From assembly GCA_951406725.2 (NCBI GenBank), contig OX597815.1, positions 204,228,001 to 204,292,000 of the forward strand: DNA of 64,000 bases, given 5' to 3'. Shown one piece after another: positions 55,483 through 64,000 of this stretch (positions within the stretch are counted from its first letter, which is position 1; each line of letters begins with the position of its first letter). Made by a program: the position numbers and the translations under genes. Source of the DNA: Octopus vulgaris (Eukaryota). Under the pieces are notes generated by a model. The model saw nothing but the letters and a program-made list of their open reading frames with translations. It was not told the origin of the DNA and searched no databases.

Positions 55483-55606
55483 TGTGCGTGTTTGTGTGTG
55501 TGTGTTGCTATGTGGGAATAGGTTGGTAGTTGCATGTGGGTGGATTCGAGTATCAGAAATTCAGCGAGTGTGCTGATAACGATGACCACGAAGATGATAA
55601 CGATGA

Positions 55607-55640
<34 letters not shown>

Positions 55641-56231
55641 GGTGGTGGTGGTGGTGGTGGTGGTTTTGGCGGCGGCGGTGCTGGTGGTACTAATGACTAC
55701 GTCGATGATAATGATGGCGAGGAAAAAGGGGTGGTGGTGACAGGAGAGACAGACATGAATGGCACAAGAAATCGATGGGTTTTAGCTACATCAACAACAA
55801 CAACAAAATGAGCGTTTTGCAAATAAGGAAGAAATGGCTGAACAGTTTGCGAGAGTAAATGTGTATGAGAGGGAATTAACAGGGGAGTGGGGGCCGGCTG
55901 GAAGCGTGAAAGTTTGTGAAGCACTAAGCTCTTTGTATTTTTTCGCATAAAAATATAAAATAAGAAAGAAATTAGAAAGGATGGGAGAAATAGTTGGAGT
56001 GTGAGAGTGTGAGAATCTATGTGGGTGACGGTGTAAGAGAGGGAATGAAATCAATTCACTATGATTGGCTAATTAAGAGTTGACGTCACTGAACTGTACT
56101 TTCCAGTTGTTAACATTCTCGAAGAGGTGGTCAGAGGTGCACTCTGCGACAGTTGTGCCTGTCTAGGAGACTAAAACAAAGGTCATAAAATGTTTTACAA
56201 ACTTTTTCACCATTACTTATTATCATTATTG

Positions 56232-56274
<43 letters not shown>

Positions 56275-56280
56275 CACTAC

Positions 56281-56325
<45 letters not shown>

Positions 56326-56766
56326 AGGCGCGGCGATCTGGCAGAATCGTTAGCTCACGGGATAAAATCCTGAGCGGCATTCTGCCCGTCTTCATACTCT
56401 GTGACCAGATTCCGTTAAGATTGACTTTGGTCTTCACCCTTTCCGGGTCGATAAAATAAAGTACCAGTCCATCACTGGGTCGATATAATCGAATGGCTCC
56501 TTTCCCCTCAGAATCGCTAGCCTTCCGTCGAAATTAGAAGGAATTATTTAAAGCATCGAGATGGCAGAATCATTTGCGAGTTGCACAAAATGCTTAGCAG
56601 ATTTCCTTCCGGTACTTTACGTCTTGAGTTCAAATTTCGTCGTTGTAGAATTTGTCTTTCATCATTTTGGGGTCGATAAAATAAGTACAAGTTGAACTCT
56701 GGCATCGAATAATCCCGTTCTCTCAACTTGTTGTCCCTGTGCCTATATTAGAAAGAATTATTATTA

Positions 56767-56822
<56 letters not shown>

Positions 56823-57325
56823 GAGTGAGAGAGCAGCGCATGCCATCAAAGTGACACTGGGGTAAAATATACGAAGCCCAGTATACCCATCATGACTACC
56901 CGTCTAATAAGGGTACACCAGGCACATGCATCACAACCATATGTGCGCGACATGGTGATCTCATATCAAGATAAACAGCACATGACCTTGCAGGTGGGGC
57001 CCAGTTAGAAATTTCTTCAGGTTGAGTAGCCCATCCCGCTCAAACGGTCCCTGAATAAGGGTTGTTTAAGGATGTTGAACGAAACACACGGCTATGATGC
57101 TCCCCCACTACTTCTGCTCGTGATCAGAGAAGCACATATCGTCAGCCACTAAGGGACATGCTCAACTGGTTACGGTCAAACAACTGACAAACAAATCTGT
57201 GGTACTAAGCAGAATATTTGCTGTAGACCATCTTTTATACCAAGACAAAACAATGTACATGATAACACTTCCAATCAGTTAAGATCAGAAGCCATGAGAG
57301 CCACTGGCTGGTACTGCATCAGGGC

Positions 57326-57328
<3 letters not shown>
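56823..57328. mobile_element. Non-coding interspersed element in (TTA)n, copy 1 (about 50 bp deleted)
   Basis: GAGTGAGAGAGCAG...GCATCAGGGCAT, bounded by TTA repeats. Confidence 0.8.
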
Positions 57329-57377
<49 letters not shown>

Positions 57378-57933
57378 GAGTGAGAGAGCAGTTCATGCCA
57401 TCAAAGTGACACTGGGGTAAAATATACGAAGCCCAATATACCCATCATGACTACCCGTCTGATAAGGGTACACCAGGCACATGCATCACAACCATATGTG
57501 CGCGACATGGTGATCTCATATCAAGATAAACAGCACATGACCTTGCAGGTGGGGCCCAGTTAGAATTTTCTTCAGGTCGAGTAGCCCATCCCGCTCAAAC
57601 GGTCCCTGAATAAGGGTTGTTTAAGGATGTTGAAAGAACCACCCATGTTTCCAGAGGTGAACTATTCAAACCCCAAAGAATCCCTCTCAACACATGGCTA
57701 TGATGCTGCCCCACTACTTCTGCTCGTGATCAGAGATGCACATATCGTCAGCCACTAATGGACATGCTCAACTGGTTAAGGTCAAACAACTGACAAGCAA
57801 ATCTGTGGTATTGAGCAGAATATTTGCTGTAGACCATCTTTTATACCAAGACAAAACAATGTACGTGATAACACTTTCAATCAGTTAAGATCAGGAGCCA
57901 TGAGAGCCACTGCCTGGTACTGCATCAGGGCAT
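57378..57933. mobile_element. Non-coding interspersed element in (TTA)n, copy 2
   Basis: Same termini as copy 1 with scattered substitutions. TTA repeats on both sides. Confidence 0.8.
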
Positions 57934-57942
57934 TTATTATTA

Positions 57943-57982
<40 letters not shown>

Positions 57983-58539
57983 GTGTATAAGGCGGCGAGC
58001 TGGCAGAATTTTTATTGCACCGGACAAATTACCTGCATTTTTTCGTATTTATGCTGTCTATTCAAATTCCGCCGAAGGTGATATTACCGATCATCCTGCT
58101 GGGTTGATACCAGCTAAGCACTCGGTCAATAAATTTGACTTGCCTCCTCCCGCCAAGTTACTGGCCTTGAGCCCATAGTAGAAAAAATTATTGTTGTTGT
58201 TGATAGGGCAGCGAGCTGACCGAGTCGTTAACGCATCGGGAAAAATACCCGGTAGCATTTTATCTTCCTTGACGTTGTGAGTTGAAATTCCGTCGAGATC
58301 AAATTTGCTTTTCATCCTGTCGAGGTCGATAGAGTAAGTACCTATTGAGCACTGGGATCGATGTAATCGACTTACCCTTCTCTCAAAACTATTGGAGTTG
58401 GGCCAAACTTTGAGACGAATAACTATAATTGTCGATAGAAATATCAATCCTTTGTATTAATGCAAAAGTATACTACGTGCATGTCTATGCATGAATGTAT
58501 ACCTACACGTGCAAGTACACATAAATGTGTGTATTTGTG

Positions 58540-58584
<45 letters not shown>

Positions 58585-58667
58585 TGGATCGAGAAAGTGA
58601 AGTTCGAATCACAGGATCTAAGACTGAGATATAGGCTTTAATAACCATAGACAACTTCTCCCCTTCG

Positions 58668-59365
<698 letters not shown>

Positions 59366-59400
59366 GCATGTATACGTTATATACACACACACACACACAC

Positions 59401-59750
59401 ACTGGCTGTGTGGTAAGTAGCTTGCTTACCAAGCACATGGCTCCGGGTCCAGTTCCACTGCGAGGCAACTTTGACAAGTGTCTTCTACTATAGACTCGAG
59501 CCCACCAAAGCCTTGATTGGATTTGGTAGACTGAAACTGAAAGAAGCCCGTCGTATATATTTATACATATGTATAGATGTGTATATGTGTGTGTATGTTT
59601 GTGTGTATGTTTTTCACCCTACCATCGCCTGACAACCGATGCTGGTGTGTTTATGTCCCCGTAACTGATCGGTTCGGCATAAGATCCCGATAGAATAAGT
59701 ACTAGGCATGACCGCAGTCAAATGACTGAAACAAGTAAAAGAATAGAAGA
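59401..59750 (+). mobile_element. SINE family A, diverged, with a deletion near the 3' end
   Basis: TGGCTGTGTGGTAAGTAGC...CGCAGTCAAATGACTGAAACAAGTAAAAG. Confidence 0.85.
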
Positions 59751-59799
59751 AAATATATATGTATTATATATAAAAAATTTTATTTCGTAATGAGATAAA

Positions 59800-60360
59800 A
59801 AAAAAACCAAGGCTGTGTAGATTTTAGAACATTTATAGATAGAAGATCTTACAGCTGTTTCTAGGATATTTATTATATCCCTTCATCGGGGTTGGTGTGA
59901 GGATGGTTAAGAAGTAGTTAATTTAGATAAGATATAAAATAGAGAGTGAGGTGGAGGAAATAAAAGAAAATAGATGTGAGATATATAAGGATATTGCATT
60001 TGTAGATCCATTTTTTTAGGCAGAATGGTATACATAGAATATTCCAATACCTTATGAGTAAAATCCAATAGAATTTGAAATTGGCCATTCCAAGTATAGA
60101 GTTTATACACAGTGTTATTGAATCCAGGGTTGTGCTTAAAGTGACCTAAAAATAGGGAGTGTATTAGTAGGGTCAAGTCGAAAATAGGAAGAGAGGAATG
60201 GCGAAAGAGAAAAAGAGAAAATAAGGGGAAAAAAGTAAGAAGAAAATAATAGAATAACAAAATAATATAATTAAAAAAATAAAAAACAAGAAGAGAGGAA
60301 TAAAGGAAAGAAAGAAGGAAGAAAAAGGAAAACAAAGATATAGATAAGGGGAAATGTACC
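59800..60360 (-). mobile_element. Probable PLE 3' end/pseudo-LTR with a hammerhead motif
   Basis: Minus strand 59889-59850 reads CCGATGA AG GGATAT AATAA ATATCC TA GAAAC AGCT GTA. Confidence 0.55.
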
Positions 60361-60609
60361 ATTTAGTGGTCAGTGGAGATAATTTGAAAGAAGGAGTGGG
60401 GACATATAGGGTGATAGAGAGAAAAAGGTATCAAAGTGTAAGATAGAAGGAATGGGTGGAGTAATAAAAGGTAAAGGAGTGACACATGTGTAGTGATAGA
60501 GTCTAAGTGATGGGGCATGGAGGTAGTAAAGAATGAAGAATTAAGGTTTGGCAGGTCAGTGTTTAGTAATATAAAGAAATATATATGTGAAGATGTATAC
60601 ATATGTATA

Positions 60610-60920
60610 TGCCCAATTCAAGATCACAACATATATGTACACTGCAACATAATTTCTTTTCCTCAACAGGCCCTGCCCTATTTAACATTGTCCCGAGGGT
60701 GATCAAGGAGGAAAAGGATCCCATCAACTTTAAACGGAGTCTGGATAGATTCCTTCAAAGAATACCAGATAAGCCACCCATAATTGAATACAACTCACCC
60801 AACAAGAACTCACTACTTGAACAAAACTTGACTTAAACAGGATTCGAATAATCCTATCAGGTAGTGCTATTAAGTTAGACATGGCCTGGGCCAATCTTTG
60901 GTCGAAACATATCTAAGTTA
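60610..60920 (+). mobile_element. CR1-group LINE 3' fragment related to 18050-18690
   Basis: NFFSSTGPALFNIVPRVIK...FKRSLDRFLQRIPDKP...NSLL. Confidence 0.82.
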
Positions 60921-60929
60921 TCTACGTTA

Positions 60930-60973
<44 letters not shown>

Positions 60974-61010
60974 TTATATATTATTATTATATATATTATA
61001 TTATATATAT

Positions 61011-61042
<32 letters not shown>

Positions 61043-61051
61043 TATATATAT

Positions 61052-61098
<47 letters not shown>

Positions 61099-61099
61099 G

Positions 61100-61132
<33 letters not shown>

Positions 61133-61395
61133 ATTATTATTATATTGAGGGTACTACTATTCGTAGATACCAACAGAATTTACGGATTTTTTCTCTTACG
61201 AGGTTTTTCACGCTGACAACTGATAATTTCTTTTAAAGATTTTATTCTCAATTGTTAATATATATATATATATAAAACATTTAAATAATGAGGGATATAA
61301 ATGTAATATTAATTTAATTAATATCAATTTAAAACCAGTAGCTTAGCATACAATAATCTGAAAAATCAGAGAAAATTCTAATACATGTGTATATT

Positions 61396-61613
61396 TAAAG
61401 AGCAAAAACCAACAGGTGGTCAGCCGTATGCTAGAAGTAGATCACCTACGATCAAACTACAAAGAAAAGAATGTTCTCTAGAGGAAAATTCAGCGGACAC
61501 CAGAACAATATGCGGGCAAGACATGAAAATTATATAAAAAACCAGAATTCTGGTTTGATCGTAGGTGATCTACTTCTAGCATACGGCTGACCACCCAGTG
61601 GTTTTTGCCCTTT
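61396..61613. repeat. Inverted repeat with a 43-bp perfect core and 95-nt spacer
   Basis: GGTGGTCAGCCGTATGCTAGAAGTAGATCACCTACGATCAAAC at 61415-61457 versus 61553-61595. Confidence 0.9.
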
Positions 61614-61923
61614 ATATATATATATATATATTTATACGGATGTTTATACATATCAATATCCACGCATACAACTCTTCGTCATATGTATAGGCACACATGC
61701 CATTTCTATATTTCACTTCCAAGAAGAAAGCACCCACGAATAAGTTGCGCGAAATATCTCCTGAAATCACTTGAGGTAAACATATCTATACCGAGGGATT
61801 TGCCTAAACCAGTTGCACAGTATCTCACTCACAGAGGATCGATGCCATATGGGTCGAATCGATTGCAGTGATCAACAAAGATTCTCGTATCTTCTATCTT
61901 CCGTCTCTCTCAATAATTATATA

Positions 61924-61956
<33 letters not shown>

Positions 61957-62011
61957 TGTATGTATGTATGTATGTATGTATGGCAATTGATTTAAAAAGA
62001 TATATATATAT

Positions 62012-62389
62012 AGTGGTTGTGCGGTAAGAAGCCTGCTTCCCAACCACATGGTTCCGGGTTCAGTCCCACTGCATGGCACCTTGGGCAAGTGTATTTTACT
62101 ATAGCCTTGTATAAGCTCGTTGTATATATATATATATATATATACATATATGTATCTATGTGTGCGTTTCTTTGTGTCTGTGTTTGTTCCCCCACCACCA
62201 TCATCGCTTCACAACAGGTGTTGGTGTTTTTAAGTTCTCATAACTTAACGGTTCGGCAAAAATACCAATAGAATAAGTACTAGGCTGAAAAATAAGTCCT
62301 GGAGTCGAATTGCTTAACAAAACATTCCAGGACGGTGCTCCAGCATGGTCGCAGTTAAATGACTGAATCAAGTAAAAGAATAAAAGAAT
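62012..62389 (+). mobile_element. SINE family A, diverged
   Basis: Head, CORE-like segment and tail are present. Confidence 0.85.
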
Positions 62390-62463
62390 ATGCACGCACT
62401 CATGCGTTTGTGAGTGCCTGTGTGTTTATGAATGTATACTCGACGAAATTCTGTAGAGTTTCC

Positions 62464-63044
62464 TATTTCTTTATTGCCCACAAGGAGCTAAACATAGAGG
62501 GGACAAACAAGGACAGACAAAGGGTTTAAGTCGATTATATCGACCCCAGTGCGTAACTGGTACTTAGGTTTTTCAACCTCGAAAGGATGAAAGGTAAAGT
62601 CGACCTCGGCGGAATTTGAATTCAGAACGTAACGGCAAACGAAATACCTATTTCTTTATTACCCACAAGGAGCTAAACACAGAGAGGACAGACAAAGAGA
62701 TTAAGTCGATTACATCGACCCCAGTGCATAACTGGTACTTAATTTATCGACTCCGAAAGGATGAAAGGCAAAGCCGACCTCGGCGGAATTTGAACTCAGA
62801 ACGTAGCGGCCGACAAAATACCTATTTCTTTATTACCCACAAGGGACTAAACATAGAAGGGACAAACATAGGTATTAAGTTGATTACATCGACCCCAGTG
62901 CGTAACTGGTAGATATTTAATCGACCCCGGAAGGATGAAAAGCAAAGTCGATCTCGGCAAAATTTGAACTCAGAGCGTCACGGCAGACGAAATACCGCTG
63001 AGCATTTCACCCGGCGTGCTCACGATTCTGCCAGCTCGCCGCCT
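62464..63044 (-). mobile_element. SINE family C trimer: one head and three core+tail units
   Basis: Unit boundaries near 62647 and 62820. TSD TGTAGAGTTTCC at 62452-62463 and 63045-63056. Confidence 0.88.
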
Positions 63045-63115
63045 TGTAGAGTTTCCGTAGAGTTTCCATCTATTAATTTTCTTGTCAGGATTAAAGATAC
63101 TATCTTCAACTTACA

Positions 63116-63281
63116 TGCGGAGTGGCTGTGTGGTAAGTAGCTTGCTTGCCAACCACATGGTTCTGGGTTCAGTCCTACTGCGTGGCACCTTGGGCAAGTG
63201 TCTTCTACTATAGCCTCGGGCCGACCAAAGCCTTGAGTGGATTTGGTAGACGGAAACTGAAAGAAGCCCGTCGTATATATG

Positions 63282-63312
<31 letters not shown>

Positions 63313-63535
63313 ATGAGTGTATGTTTGTGTGTCTGTGTTTGTCCCCCTAGCATTGCTTGACAACCGATGCTGGTATGTTTATGTCCCCGTCACTTAGCGG
63401 TTCGGCAAAAGAGACCGATAGAATAAGTACTGGGCTTACAAAGAATAAGTCTCGGGGTCGAGTTGCTCGACTAAAAGCGGTGCTCCAGCATGGCCGCAGT
63501 CAGCTGACTGAAACAAGTAAAAGAGTAAAAGAGAG
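63116..63535 (+). mobile_element. SINE family A, near full length
   Basis: Complete head, internal microsatellite and (TAAAAGAG)n tail. Confidence 0.92.
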
Positions 63536-64000
63536 AGAGAGTTACATGACTGTATATTGATGAAGTCTACTGTTTCATAGTTACAATTCACAGCTTAGAC
63601 ATTCTGACTGAAATTTGGTGGGATTGAAATGGCCAACGCACTGAGCTAACCACGCATATTTCATTCTATAATGATTCAATTTTCATCGATGTTATCACTA
63701 GTCATCAGATTTCCATAGAATGATCCATTCGGAACATTGGCATCCTATACAGAGATATCTGTGTTTCTCTTTTCCTTCGTACATTGAAAGTTATAGCTAA
63801 CTATTCGTTCTCAAAATTATCTTCGCCTGGGATACAGCATAGTACTGACAGCATGTACATTCAGTCTTGAATCTATTCAGCATATGAATATTGATTTGTA
63901 CAAATTTAAATCTATAACCAACTAGTCTGCGATGGTTTAGTATGTTGTAGGTTTGCTATTTCTTATTCAGACTAATAAAATTTATGTAATCCATTCTTAT

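Overview
Repeat-dominated, AT-rich eukaryotic non-coding DNA. It is most likely an octopus (coleoid cephalopod) intergenic or intronic region; this is inferred from the very high (TA)n/(CA)n/(GATA)n microsatellite load and tRNA-derived SINEs resembling described octopus families. I found no intact host gene, rRNA, tRNA or CRISPR array. Most ORFs in the supplied track are microsatellite artefacts. The window is a nested mosaic of: four SINE families (my labels A, B, C, E); L1/Tx1, CR1-like, RTE and R4/Dong LINE fragments; Penelope-like elements (PLEs) with hammerhead-ribozyme-like motifs; Tc1/mariner relics; non-autonomous Helitrons; and fold-back elements. The best candidate for an undescribed system is a Tx1-type retrotransposon network sharing one ~60-nt 3' tail. 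It comprises a decayed ORF1+RT LINE (7655-9865), two ORF1-only (HAL1-like) elements with target-site duplications (TSDs; 2153-4452 and 5427-6876) and MetaSINE-like family C. Two members are head-to-tail multimers inside a single TSD, which suggests template jumping. All alignments were made by eye, and element boundaries are approximate unless a TSD or terminal inverted repeat (TIR) is quoted.
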